64,000 bases of DNA from an uncultured virus (IMG/VR IMGVR_UViG_3300010885_066780) (taxonomy: Duplodnaviria; Heunggongvirae; Uroviricota; Caudoviricetes). Positions 43,856 through 53,093 of the stretch are shown here, in pieces. How positions within the stretch are numbered: position 1 is the stretch's first letter; every line of letters starts with the position of its first letter. The DNA is taken from IMG/VR virus record IMGVR_UViG_3300010885_066780; one strand, 5' to 3'. Made by a program: the position numbers and the translations under genes. The notes beneath the pieces were generated by a model. That model worked only from the letters and a program-made list of their open reading frames with translations, did no database searches and was not told the DNA's origin.

Positions 43856-44116
43856 TTATTCGTTTGTGAATATTTGTTTTTGAACTCGGGCATCAGATCC
43901 AGGAATCGACCAAGACCAATTGAAACTGCCGAATCCAAATGATTCATGACCACCATCATACCACATGGATCTATACCCCCAATATCGATAGTTTTTGGAT
44001 AAGGGGTTCCACCAATAGAAATAATAGCTGTATTCTGTTTCGCCATCTGTGGCACGAGTCCAGGGTGACCAAAGAATACCACCTCGATCAAATTTCAAAT
44101 AGGGCACCTTTTTCAT
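43856..44116 (-). CDS. small aromatic-rich hypothetical protein
   Basis: 86-aa W/Y-rich ORF overlapping the stop of 44113-44685. Confidence 0.5.
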   Translation of the reverse strand: MKKVPYLKFDRGGILWSPWTRATDGETEYSYYFYWWNPLSKNYRYWGYRSMWYDGGHESFGFGSFNWSWSIPGSDARVQKQIFTNE

Positions 44117-44685
44117 GAGTTTTCAAACTTCTTCTGAAGTGAAAGATACAGAGCATATTCTTGAGCATTGATTTGGGCTTGTTTGATCTCTGCTTGTTTT
44201 GAATCAAGTGCTTGTTTTTGATAATATGCAGCTAGATATTTCTCCCACTTAGTTTGAACATATGCTTGGATCAATTCCAAATTGATGACATCTGAACCCC
44301 AGTCAGATTCTTCAGGATATTCTGTCAATTCAATCACTTGATTCATGACATCAACAGGCAACACCATGTAATCACCGGCGTCGTCAAATGATGTGCTGGT
44401 GACAATAAACATATCGTCTTCAACTTCGACGTCAAAAACATAATTAATAGTCCGACGCCCCCACTTAAAGTCACGCTTGTCAATTTCATACATGATTCCA
44501 CGGAATTGGGCCCAGGACGTGGATCTGTCATCTGCGTTTGTTTCGGAATCTAGGAATTCCTTCAATAGTCTGCTTTCAAAATCCGTTTGCATTCTCCAAA
44601 CGTTGAATATTGCATCACTGAGTGCATTGGCTCGATTTTGTTCTGAAATGATATTAAATGCAGACATAATGATTTCCCTACTCAT
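44113..44685 (-). CDS. hypothetical protein, paralog family with a C-terminal E(Y/F)..L..KF tail
   Basis: Ends EYALYLSLQKKFENS; TTGACA-type promoter upstream. Confidence 0.55.
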   Translation of the reverse strand: MSREIIMSAFNIISEQNRANALSDAIFNVWRMQTDFESRLLKEFLDSETNADDRSTSWAQFRGIMYEIDKRDFKWGRRTINYVFDVEVEDDMFIVTSTSFDDAGDYMVLPVDVMNQVIELTEYPEESDWGSDVINLELIQAYVQTKWEKYLAAYYQKQALDSKQAEIKQAQINAQEYALYLSLQKKFENS

Positions 44686-44728
44686 AAATTAAACATAACA
44701 TTTATCAAGCAGCATGTCAAACGAAAAA

Positions 44729-44803
44729 TGGAGCTGTGATCCAGAATCGAACTGGAGACAATGACATACCAAGTCATGGGTTTACCTGCTAGCCTATCGC
44801 AGC
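44729..44803 (-). tRNA. tRNA-Thr(GGT)
   Basis: ATGAC-TTGGTAT-GTCAT anticodon arm, TTCGATT T-loop, CCA. Confidence 0.85.
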
Positions 44804-44812
44804 AATTTCATA

Positions 44813-44886
44813 TGGTACCCGATGGTGGTTACGCTCCACCTTCTCTGTCGAGTCAGGACAGTGTTCTGCTACTCTACTAATCGGGG
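44813..44886 (-). tRNA. tRNA-Val(GAC), atypical (weak D arm, AGCGTAA T-loop)
   Basis: CTGTC-CTGACTC-GACAG anticodon arm, CCA; 5' end overlaps the stop of the upstream ORF. Confidence 0.65.
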
Positions 44887-45369
44887 TACACTATCTTCAA
44901 ATCTTGCTTTGAGCTCGAGAAATTTTTCATAATCAATATGATCTTGCGCAGCCTCCCGAGATTGAGCTTCTACATTGGCTTGGTGCTTGAAATCCTCAAT
45001 ACGTTGATTGATGTCTATCCACTTGTTTTCAATATAGCCCATGAGTGCTGCATAGCTGTAAATTTCAAACAGTGAATCTTCTGTTTCAACGACGCAAGCT
45101 TCAACAACTGAAATAGGAATTTGAAAATTATGATAGGGTTGCCAAGTATATTGTAATAGGACATGGTCTTCTTCAGTTGCTATCGTGAATTCAGGATCAA
45201 TCTTTCTCCGTCCCCAGCGGCGATCATGAGTTGCTAGGATGTGCCGATCTTCACGATTAATTTCACCCTGTTGACGTTCAAGTTGATTAGAATAGGTCCA
45301 CATGGAAAGAAGACATGAACGCAGACTTTGATCTCGTTCACGTTCTTTGCGAAAATTCAAAGCAGTCAT
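44869..45369 (-). CDS. hypothetical protein, same paralog family
   Basis: DYEKFLELKARFE tail; GGAG RBS; TTGACA-N17-TATTGT upstream. Confidence 0.55.
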   Translation of the reverse strand: MTALNFRKERERDQSLRSCLLSMWTYSNQLERQQGEINREDRHILATHDRRWGRRKIDPEFTIATEEDHVLLQYTWQPYHNFQIPISVVEACVVETEDSLFEIYSYAALMGYIENKWIDINQRIEDFKHQANVEAQSREAAQDHIDYEKFLELKARFEDSVPRLVE

Positions 45370-45447
45370 TTTGCATCTCCAACAAGTGTTACAATGCACA
45401 ATAACAGGATTTATTGCGGTGTCAACTGAATTTTCTAAGAAAATAGC

Positions 45448-45523
45448 TGGTCGAAGCTTCAGGAATCAAACCTGATCAATCTCGCAATGTAAATGCAATG
45501 CCGTCTCATCTGGCCCAGCTTCG
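45448..45523 (-). tRNA. tRNA-Val(TAC)
   Basis: CGAAGCT/AGCTTCG acceptor, TTGCA-TTTACAT-TGCGA, CCA. Confidence 0.8.
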
Positions 45524-45532
45524 ACAATAATA

Positions 45533-45682
45533 TGGTGGACAGCAAGGGAATCGAACCCTTCCTCGTAGAATGCCTTATGGAGATTCTGGATTTGCACCAT
45601 CGCAGGCTATTTTCTGCGTTCTACAATACCGGCGTATCGCTTTCTCCTAAATCTACTGTGCTACCACTATCACTAGCCGCCC
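45533..45682 (-). tRNA. tRNA-Ala with a 75-nt structured insert in the anticodon loop (GGC or TGC after removal)
   Basis: GGGCGGC/GCTGTCC acceptor with G3:U70, normal D and T arms, GTAGA/TCTAC anticodon stem enclosing 82 nt, A-CCA end. Confidence 0.8.
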
Positions 45683-45693
45683 ATTAAAAATTT

Positions 45694-45770
45694 TGGCGCC
45701 CCATGAGAAATTCGAATTCCCGACCCTTGGTTCCGAAGACCAATGCTCTGATCCACTGAGCTAATGAGGC
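45694..45770 (-). tRNA. tRNA-Arg(TCG)
   Basis: TTGGT-CTTCGGA-ACCAA, A20 in the D loop, CCA. Confidence 0.9.
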
Positions 45771-45781
45771 ATATATTTTAT

Positions 45782-46069
45782 TTATCTGTCTTTAAAAACT
45801 TGAATCAAATTTTGAATATCATTACGCACGTGCGTAATAGCTTGTCCCAACCAATTAGTTCCTTGCCAAGTTGATCGATCCAATCGCAGTGGATCGTGTT
45901 CTGACAACCCAATTCCCCATATCTTATCGTATGGACTGGCTTCAACAAAAGTGTCTTCGGTTCTGTTGGACAGCCATAGAGCTAGTTGTGGGTTTTGTGT
46001 GAATTTGGCCAGGTTAGCTCTATAGACAATCAATTTGCATTCCTGTTCCCAAACTGTTTGATGGTATTA
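45782..46069 (-). pseudogene. NADAR (YbiA-like) family, C-terminal remnant
   Basis: KF.QN..L...L, VEASPYD.IWGIG, W.G.N.LG motifs; in-frame stop just upstream, N-terminal half missing. Confidence 0.75.
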
Positions 46070-46164
46070 AAAAACTTGTTATCAGGATTAAATTTCATTC
46101 TCAAATTATATGAATGATAGGCATGAAATCAATCATATAATTTAAATCAGAAATCCAAAATAAT

Positions 46165-47436
46165 TTATTTTCTCGTTAATCTTTTTCGATATCTTTGCTC
46201 TCTAATGGGCGTAACATTAGGATGCTCCTTGGGATCAAATCCCAATGGCTGATAATCAGGACATGCATCTTTTAAAATAGCCAATATTTTCGCTGTGCTA
46301 GTAGCAATACCAGGATGTTCTTTCATTTGATCTTGAATTTCCTGTTTTTCTTCGTCGCTGCGGCCCATACCTGCGCTCCAGCTGATTCCATGAACAACGT
46401 TTACTTTAACGATTTTTCCACGATAAAAAATCATACTAGATGGGATACTTCTAACCCTTAACATACCAACCAAACAACTACCAACAGGACCCCATAGGTC
46501 ATCACCTTTAACAGGCTGTGCCCAATCAGCTTGAATAAAATAAGTTTGAAAATTGCCTATTTTTGCAGCTTCTTGAATTTCTTTTTTAGTATGGTTAGCA
46601 CCATGCCATTCTTCATCTGAATAATAAAACACCCAAACTGGTTTGGTTTGACTTTTTTGTTTGATATTTTCTAAAGCTGCATGGGCTTGTTGCGACAAAT
46701 GCGCATTTTCTTGCTTATCTAACTCTTCTTGTTTACGAGTATCTTTTGCTTTTTTGCTCCAAGGAATGAATTCTGGAAGTTCGAATTCATTTAGCGACAT
46801 TTTAGTATCATAGTCAGGGCATGCATCTTGTACAATTTCTATTATTTTAGCCACATTATTTGCAATGTTAGGCATTTGATTGATTATGCCTCTATTGCCA
46901 ATTCCTGGGTTTCTTTTTATTATTTCATTTCTATCGTCTCTTTCATCTGGAGTTCTAGGCATATCTGAACCCCACATACTGTCAGTATGATGAATTTCGC
47001 TTTTTACTAATTGACCTTTCCAAAACAAATAGCTTGTCGGGATAGTACGAATACCTAGAATACCTTCTAAATATCCACTAATTCTTCCGGTAGCATCATC
47101 GTCAATATCACTAATGTTAGTTGATTGATAATCTAGCACAAAATAAGTTTGGAAATTTCCAAGTCGCGCAGCATCCTTAACTTCTTGTTTCATACTTTCA
47201 TCAGAGTTATCATGAAAAAATAACCAAACCGGACTAATGTAACTGTTTGCTTTAATGGTTTCAAGTTCATGTTCAGCTGCTGCTCGATCTTGTTGATCTT
47301 GTACCTTTTGTTCTCGTGTAGCAATCGCTCTCTTGCTTCCTGGAATGAATTCTGGAAGTTCGAATTCATTTAGCGATTCTTTTGAATCGATTCCTTCAAG
47401 TAGGTTGATTATTTTTCTGATTTGTTCAGTACTCAT
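46165..47436 (-). CDS. protein with a tandem duplicated thioredoxin-like module (probable internal head protein)
   Basis: SLNEFELPEFIP, PVW.F, GNFQTYF, R.IP.S..F..G and DACPDY each occur twice; no CxxC. Confidence 0.6.
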   Translation of the reverse strand: MSTEQIRKIINLLEGIDSKESLNEFELPEFIPGSKRAIATREQKVQDQQDRAAAEHELETIKANSYISPVWLFFHDNSDESMKQEVKDAARLGNFQTYFVLDYQSTNISDIDDDATGRISGYLEGILGIRTIPTSYLFWKGQLVKSEIHHTDSMWGSDMPRTPDERDDRNEIIKRNPGIGNRGIINQMPNIANNVAKIIEIVQDACPDYDTKMSLNEFELPEFIPWSKKAKDTRKQEELDKQENAHLSQQAHAALENIKQKSQTKPVWVFYYSDEEWHGANHTKKEIQEAAKIGNFQTYFIQADWAQPVKGDDLWGPVGSCLVGMLRVRSIPSSMIFYRGKIVKVNVVHGISWSAGMGRSDEEKQEIQDQMKEHPGIATSTAKILAILKDACPDYQPLGFDPKEHPNVTPIREQRYRKRLTRK

Positions 47437-47480
47437 TGTATACTCCAAATGTATTAGCTATTTATATATATATGATAAAT

Positions 47481-47822
47481 TCACCGTAATTGAACCAAGT
47501 CAGGATTGTCAGCAATGAAATCCTGTATCAGAAAAATCAAAGACAGTATTTCAGGATCCGCCGCTCTAGAAAATTGATTGAAAATTCCCAGATAATTCAT
47601 TCGATAGTAGGCAATTAATCTTTCAGCAATTACCAGATCATCTGTCAATAAATTGGCATGGTGAAAGATGATTTCTGCTATGGCAATACCATGTTTCAAT
47701 TCAGTTTTTGAACCAGCTACTGCCCCCACTATTTGAACAAAGTCAATTCCAGCTTGTCGGGCATGTTCTTCAAACCGTTGAGAAATTTCTATCAAGCCAG
47801 GATCAGCAGGGTCAATTTTCAC
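47481..47822 (-). CDS. hypothetical protein
   Basis: 113-aa ORF with late motif upstream. Confidence 0.5.
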   Translation of the reverse strand: MKIDPADPGLIEISQRFEEHARQAGIDFVQIVGAVAGSKTELKHGIAIAEIIFHHANLLTDDLVIAERLIAYYRMNYLGIFNQFSRAADPEILSLIFLIQDFIADNPDLVQLR

Positions 47823-47839
47823 CTATTATTTATAGATTG

Positions 47840-47912
47840 TGGAGCGAATGCTGGTATTCGAAACCAGTGGGTCTGACAGGCAATCGGACTCCTCTCCCAG
47901 GAGGACATTCGC
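47840..47912 (-). tRNA. tRNA-Gly(GCC)
   Basis: GCGAATG/CATTCGC acceptor, U73, loop TTGCCTG, CCA. Confidence 0.8.
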
Positions 47913-47920
47913 ATAAATTA

Positions 47921-48011
47921 TGGAGGATAGCGGAGAGAACGATTCCCATACCATTTGAAAGGTACCAACTGTTTAGCAAACAGCGCCAACCACCCGGTTG
48001 ATTCACTATCC
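47921..48011 (-). tRNA. tRNA-Ser(GCT), 8/4 cloverleaf
   Basis: 8-bp acceptor GGATAGTG/CGCTATCC, 6-bp D stem, TTGCTAA loop, long V arm, 4-bp T stem. Confidence 0.8.
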
Positions 48012-48121
48012 AAATTATTTAAATGTGAACCAAGCTACCAGTCCCCAAAACACACTGGGAATTAATAAACAGATCCACATTCCAATATATCCTTTTTTCA
48101 TATTTTAATTATATGAATTCG

Positions 48122-49426
48122 TTAATTGGAGTCAAGATGTTGTTGCGCAATATCTAAAGCATGTTCCAGGTCTGGAAAAGTTATTCCTAATAATTGTATA
48201 GCAGAAATAAGCATTACTGCTTCTTTGTAGTTTTTGCTCACCGTCAATAGAGGAACAATAGTTTTCATGATTTCTCGATGAACAACTCGATCACTTTTCT
48301 TAGCAGGATCGGCAGCAACTTGGCGAACTACCGCAGCAATATCAGGATAAGCAGTGGCATTTGATTTGAGTCTGAACCAGTCAACTGGATCAATTATGGT
48401 GGTATTAATTTGATATCGTCCATCGGATCTATCAGTCCAGTCTGCTGAAATTATATTCATTTGGTTTGTTTGCTTATTATAACGATAGGTCAAATATACT
48501 ACATTGTTATTTTCAGATCCATATACTGCATAATAAGCGATCTTAAATGGCATTCCCTTGAGAATCGCTACTCCGGAAGCATTACTGGAATTATCTTTCG
48601 GAGTCATTTGGTAATTGACTCCCGCAAATGTAACTATGTTTGCGTTGTTCTTTTTACACCATTCAATGAACTCATGAATAGTATTAGCGGTGGGCTGCTT
48701 GCTGAGTTTATAAGCAGTTAATCTAGCTTGTAGGTCTTTAGTGCCTTTTTCTATTTCCCAGCGAGATAACTGTCTTTTTTGTCTTTTACCCATTGCAACT
48801 TCATCCTGGAGAACGAGTTTTGCGGTCACAGGCTGGTTTTTTGTTTTGCCAAGCAGCATTATCATATTCATCAAGTCGGCTAGTGAACCAGTGTCGGTCT
48901 TTGTACCCGCTAACTTGTTGATATATTCAACTCGATTTTCTTCGCTATAACCACCCACGTATTCATAGTCTTTAGTAGTTCGAATAGAAGAAGTAGGCAA
49001 TGCGCGCAATTGTTGATTCCAAGGCAGCTCCTTGTTTATTGCTTCAATATCATCTTTATATGCAGACAAATCCCAGGCCATCCATTGTTCTCGACTGGCG
49101 CCAGCTAAATGATAGGCATCTGTAATTGCAAATATAACAGCTTGGTCACCCATATAAACTGCGAATGCAACCGGATGCTTTTTATCAGCGGTTTGTTTTT
49201 TATATGCAGCTCGAATATCTTTTAGGCCATTTTTCAAAACGCTCAAATCTATGACTGGACTGGTGTTTGATAGCCAATTATTTTGAACAAAACTAGGGTT
49301 GAATTTATTTTGTATAGTACTTGTTCTTCGACCATAATCATTTTGTTTCAACAAATCTCCCAATGGCCCCAAATTCAATTGAGCTAGGGTTCCCAAATCT
49401 TCTGTCAATACTTGCCAAAGTCTCAT
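48122..49426 (-). CDS. hypothetical protein (MRLWQVLTE N-terminus; probable internal head protein)
   Basis: Long ORF with late motif upstream. Confidence 0.6.
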   Translation of the reverse strand: MRLWQVLTEDLGTLAQLNLGPLGDLLKQNDYGRRTSTIQNKFNPSFVQNNWLSNTSPVIDLSVLKNGLKDIRAAYKKQTADKKHPVAFAVYMGDQAVIFAITDAYHLAGASREQWMAWDLSAYKDDIEAINKELPWNQQLRALPTSSIRTTKDYEYVGGYSEENRVEYINKLAGTKTDTGSLADLMNMIMLLGKTKNQPVTAKLVLQDEVAMGKRQKRQLSRWEIEKGTKDLQARLTAYKLSKQPTANTIHEFIEWCKKNNANIVTFAGVNYQMTPKDNSSNASGVAILKGMPFKIAYYAVYGSENNNVVYLTYRYNKQTNQMNIISADWTDRSDGRYQINTTIIDPVDWFRLKSNATAYPDIAAVVRQVAADPAKKSDRVVHREIMKTIVPLLTVSKNYKEAVMLISAIQLLGITFPDLEHALDIAQQHLDSN

Positions 49427-49468
49427 CAATACACCAAATGTCTATTGACTATTTATCATAAATAGTGG

Positions 49469-50896
49469 ATGCGTTACTGGGAAATAATAAACGAAGCTCT
49501 GAACATGGAGCTTACTATTCAAAATTGGGCCAAGCCACTTCGTGATCGAGTCAAAAGAGATACGAAATTTTCAATTCCGCCGCAAATGACAGATCAAGAA
49601 TTGATTGATTGGTTTGCTCAATGGGATCCAACCAAAGCTAAAAAATATTTGATCAATTGGATCTTACCACGATATGTCTGGGGTGGAATCAACTATGCAG
49701 AAGACTTGGAAGGAGTGCACGATGATCTAGCTAACTTTGATCGATTCAAACAACGCATGCCTGAAAAGGATATTCTAAAAATAAAGACGGCTGCTGAATT
49801 GGCGACTATGGTCCGTGAAACACTGAAACCACCTGGTAGCATAGACGGTCCAAATGGCACAATACCACCGGCTGAAGTACAAGCCGCTCATTCAGAATCC
49901 ATAAAGGTATTTGAAGACGACACCAATCTGATTGTTATTCCTCTAACTGCTCGTGCAGCTGGATTCTGGGGACGCCATTCCAATTGGTGCACTGCCTATG
50001 GTTATAAATGGGGCAACTATCCTGATCGAACTAGTTGGTTTGAACAATATAATAATGAAGGACAACGATTGTTGACGGTTTTGAATAAACAAGATCCAGA
50101 AGCAATTGGATTGAATTTTCAATGTCATTATGATGGTCAATTTGGTGAAGCAAGTCAGATTATGGATTTGACAGATTATGATGCGATTGACGATAATAAA
50201 TTGGCCAAAATATTTGAAAAATTATCTAATAGTCAATTGGAAATTATTGCCAAAAATTGTTTGGCGTATTATGATGTTGAAACCGACAATACCAGTCGAT
50301 TCGACATTCATTCAACTAACAAAATTACGGCAGACAGCAGACTACTTGTAAAGAATATTAAATTTCCAGACTTGATAAAAGTACATGGTAATGACACGGC
50401 CAAATGGGCTTGGCAAACAATAGTTGGTGACCGGCATTTTGATACCCCATATTTTGAAGAAAATCTGGAAACTATTGTGGAAGATCGATTACCTAGAAAA
50501 CTCCGAGACAAGTTGGCCGCTTGGTTAGATAAAAAATATCCCGATTCCGAAAACGAATCCATTGCTGATTGCTTGGAAAATAATGACGAATATCAAATTA
50601 TTGAAACACTGAAAAGTGAGAATTACAATGCTTTTCGGAATGGTTGCGAAGGTGCTATGTGGCAGGCATTCGACGAAGCTGTTTCAGAAGCCAATATTCA
50701 ATTGATGGAACCTCACAACTATGAAGGACTGTGTTCAGTCATTGGTCCCAAAGTCATTGATTTCTTGAGTTATCCACGTTTTCGTGAAGATCCAGATGAC
50801 AATCAATTAATTGTGTTGCAGGAACCCAATTATGGTTGGGATGGATATGATAAATCAATTTGGGAACAAGGTGAGATAGAAGCGCTGTTGATTTAA
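49469..50896 (+). CDS. hypothetical protein (MRYWEIINE N-terminus; probable internal head protein)
   Basis: DPT..K.Y..W, P.T..AA...G....WCT motifs seen in jumbo-phage proteins. Confidence 0.6.
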   Translation: MRYWEIINEALNMELTIQNWAKPLRDRVKRDTKFSIPPQMTDQELIDWFAQWDPTKAKKYLINWILPRYVWGGINYAEDLEGVHDDLANFDRFKQRMPEKDILKIKTAAELATMVRETLKPPGSIDGPNGTIPPAEVQAAHSESIKVFEDDTNLIVIPLTARAAGFWGRHSNWCTAYGYKWGNYPDRTSWFEQYNNEGQRLLTVLNKQDPEAIGLNFQCHYDGQFGEASQIMDLTDYDAIDDNKLAKIFEKLSNSQLEIIAKNCLAYYDVETDNTSRFDIHSTNKITADSRLLVKNIKFPDLIKVHGNDTAKWAWQTIVGDRHFDTPYFEENLETIVEDRLPRKLRDKLAAWLDKKYPDSENESIADCLENNDEYQIIETLKSENYNAFRNGCEGAMWQAFDEAVSEANIQLMEPHNYEGLCSVIGPKVIDFLSYPRFREDPDDNQLIVLQEPNYGWDGYDKSIWEQGEIEALLI

Positions 50897-50990
50897 TTGG
50901 GGTCTCTAGATGGAATCGCACCATCATGCCCGGGATATGAATCCGGTCCACTCGCTGTTGTGGTATAGAGACATGAATATTCAAAAATTG

Positions 50991-52214
50991 TTATTCGTCA
51001 TCTTCTTCATCATCAGTTGCATTGTCATCATGATTATCAGTTGTTCCACTTGATGGATGTGAAGAGATGAAATTATAATCACTAGAAGTTCCTATATTTT
51101 CAGAAAATGTCATGCTCAATATTTTTTTACCAACATTTAATGGATCTAGTATACGTTTAGTGTAGTTATTGATTGCATTGACTTGTCCACGCGAATATCT
51201 CGCAATTATTCTAAACATAAGCAGGAAATCAGTATAATTGCTTGTTGATGGCAATAATAAAAAGACTGATGACATAGCTCGAGATTGAATCATTGAGAAT
51301 AATATACTACCAATAGTCACATGTATACGAACATCACGAATTCGAGGTAGCTGTCGCCCTGCACTGCCAGTTATTTTTATTTCCCAGGGATATTCCATTC
51401 TTTCATGAACATTTTCCATATCCACTTGTATTTGTTGACCATGTTCAGTTACAAATACGCATCGCATATGCCAAGCGCTATTGATTGTTTGGCTATAATC
51501 ATATCTTTCTTTTTTATCCAAAATTGAATCTGATTTTAAAAATTCTGGCAGTGCTTCATTAAATGCATACTGCAATGAAGTTTCAACATCATCGATGCGA
51601 CTTCTACGGATTTCCTTCACTCGGTTAACTAATATGTTCGTTATGCTACTTTTTAGATACGATTCAGCATCAATTGCGCATACGACTAAAACATTTGATA
51701 ATCTATTTGGTTGGATGTTTGTTTGATTTAAAGCAGTATTATCTTTTGCTAGATCTAATGTTACCCATCCAAATTTTTTCCCCAATCTGTTAGCTAAAGC
51801 ACGGTATAATTTGTCATGACTATCTGTAGCTGGGTGACACTTAAAAAATACTGGTTGAAATTTAATAATTACTTCTTCTAATGATTGCCTTACTGCTGAA
51901 AAAACTCTAGCAGCAGTAGATCCATAATTGTTAGAAACTCCAAATTCGCCGTCAACACTAAATTCAACATCATAACCAAATGCATTGCCAATATAAATTG
52001 CATCAAAGGTTATTTTAAATCTTAAAAATTCACCTTCTTGATCTCTAATACGAGTGGAAGCATGTATAGATTTTTTGAGATTTCCACGCCATTCAAAGTC
52101 ATATTTGGTATCAAGATATTCTAGAAACATATCTTTGTGATTTTCATTATGTGGTTTTTTCAAACTTAAAGTTTCAAATAAATTAATAAACCTTCTTATT
52201 TCTTCAGAACTCAT
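50991..52214 (-). CDS. hypothetical protein (MSSEEIRRFINLFE N-terminus)
   Basis: Shared N-terminal motif; acidic C-terminal tail. Confidence 0.6.
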   Translation of the reverse strand: MSSEEIRRFINLFETLSLKKPHNENHKDMFLEYLDTKYDFEWRGNLKKSIHASTRIRDQEGEFLRFKITFDAIYIGNAFGYDVEFSVDGEFGVSNNYGSTAARVFSAVRQSLEEVIIKFQPVFFKCHPATDSHDKLYRALANRLGKKFGWVTLDLAKDNTALNQTNIQPNRLSNVLVVCAIDAESYLKSSITNILVNRVKEIRRSRIDDVETSLQYAFNEALPEFLKSDSILDKKERYDYSQTINSAWHMRCVFVTEHGQQIQVDMENVHERMEYPWEIKITGSAGRQLPRIRDVRIHVTIGSILFSMIQSRAMSSVFLLLPSTSNYTDFLLMFRIIARYSRGQVNAINNYTKRILDPLNVGKKILSMTFSENIGTSSDYNFISSHPSSGTTDNHDDNATDDEEDDE

Positions 52215-52251
52215 TGAATGACCACTTAATAATTTCAAGTATTTATTCAAT

Positions 52252-52326
52252 TGGATGAAGCGATTGGGGTCGAACCAATAACTACCGATCCAGAGTCGGT
52301 CGTTTTACCAGTTAAACTACGCTTCA
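52252..52326 (-). tRNA. tRNA-Gln(CTG)
   Basis: U1-A72, ACCGA-CTCTGGA-TCGGT, CCA. Confidence 0.9.
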
Positions 52327-52332
52327 AAATTT

Positions 52333-52407
52333 TGGCGCAGATGACCAGGATCGCACTGGCCTAACCCGTTAGACAGACGGGCCTCTTCACTAGATGAGTA
52401 CACCTGC
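52333..52407 (-). tRNA. tRNA-Asp(GTC)
   Basis: CCCGT-CTGTCTA-ACGGG, G73, T-loop TGCGATC. Confidence 0.85.
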
Positions 52408-52415
52408 ATTATAGT

Positions 52416-52509
52416 TGGCGGAGGAAGGGTCGTATTGCACGCCTAACCGGGTCCTAGCCGGTTCTACAGTTTTCAAGACTGTCGTTGGAACTTTCCAACA
52501 TCATCCTCC
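52416..52509 (-). tRNA. tRNA-Ser(TGA), Sec-like D stem, probable 8/4 fold
   Basis: ACAGT-CTTGAAA-ACTGT, GTTGGA/TCCAAC D stem, long V arm, G73. Confidence 0.8.
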
Positions 52510-52517
52510 GTGTGCTT

Positions 52518-52592
52518 TGGTACTAGCGGAAGGTAACGCTCCTTCTACCACAGAGTTATCAGCTCTGGCCCTCACTTTTCGGACTCACTAGT
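52518..52592 (-). tRNA. tRNA-Ile(GAT)
   Basis: CAGAG-CTGATAA-CTCTG, T-loop AGCGTTA, A-CCA. Confidence 0.8.
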
Positions 52593-52634
52593 ATGATTTT
52601 AAAACATTTGAGCTATGGGCACAAATAAATTTGT

Positions 52635-52868
52635 TTAAATGTCAGTTGCAGATCGGTGTGACTTATAATCACGCTCACGTTCTTGCAAATATAATCCATC
52701 TACGATAGCTGGATAAGTTTCCACAACCTGCCACCCATTGGTCCAAGTTCCCGCTTGTCGGAGCCGAACATATTTGCCTGGTATGGCATGCTCAACTGGG
52801 ATCCAAGCCACATGAGTATCACCATTGACTCGTTTCAGTACCGCATGTTTATATTGATTTCGGTTCAT
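52635..52868 (-). CDS. hypothetical protein
   Basis: MNRNQY... start with AGGAGG RBS; the track's longer version overlaps tRNA-Asn. Confidence 0.6.
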   Translation of the reverse strand: MNRNQYKHAVLKRVNGDTHVAWIPVEHAIPGKYVRLRQAGTWTNGWQVVETYPAIVDGLYLQERERDYKSHRSATDI

Positions 52869-52898
52869 AGCTTTCCTCCTTGTGTTTGTTTGAATGAT

Positions 52899-52988
52899 TG
52901 GCTCCTGAGGGAGTAATCGAAACTCCATAACCCTTTCGGGTATACGCCGAGTTAACAGCTCGGTCACCTACCATTAGTGCACTCAGGA
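52899..52988 (-). tRNA. tRNA-Asn(GTT) with a long variable arm
   Basis: TCCTGAG/CTCAGGA, G73, CTGTTAA loop, ACCC-GAAA-GGGT V arm. Confidence 0.85.
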
Positions 52989-52997
52989 ATAAAAGAT

Positions 52998-53080
52998 TGG
53001 GCTACCGGGGTGGTTCCGCCCCACTTTCGACTGGGTTAAAAGGCCAGCGTCGGACTATCCTGACTATACGATCCCGGTAG
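52998..53080 (-). tRNA. tRNA-Lys(TTT), atypical
   Basis: CTACCGGG/CCCGGTAG acceptor, enlarged D loop, CTTTTAA loop, GGCGGAA T-loop. Confidence 0.7.
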
Positions 53081-53093
53081 ATTTTTTATTTAG

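Noticed and set aside
45533..45682. tmRNA (Ala acceptor with a long insert)
   Set aside because: It has a full D stem, is only 150 nt and shows no convincing tag ORF or pseudoknots; kept as an interrupted tRNA-Ala.
45493..45687. Short ORFs overlapping tRNAs (also 47708-48001 and the 5' part of 52635-52967)
   Set aside because: Explained by the tRNA genes they overlap.
48023..48080. Hairpin upstream of tRNA-Ser(GCT) as a ribozyme or ncRNA
   Set aside because: Two short stems only and no recognisable catalytic motif; insufficient support.
52416..52509. Selenocysteine tRNA
   Set aside because: The anticodon is TGA (Ser), not TCA.
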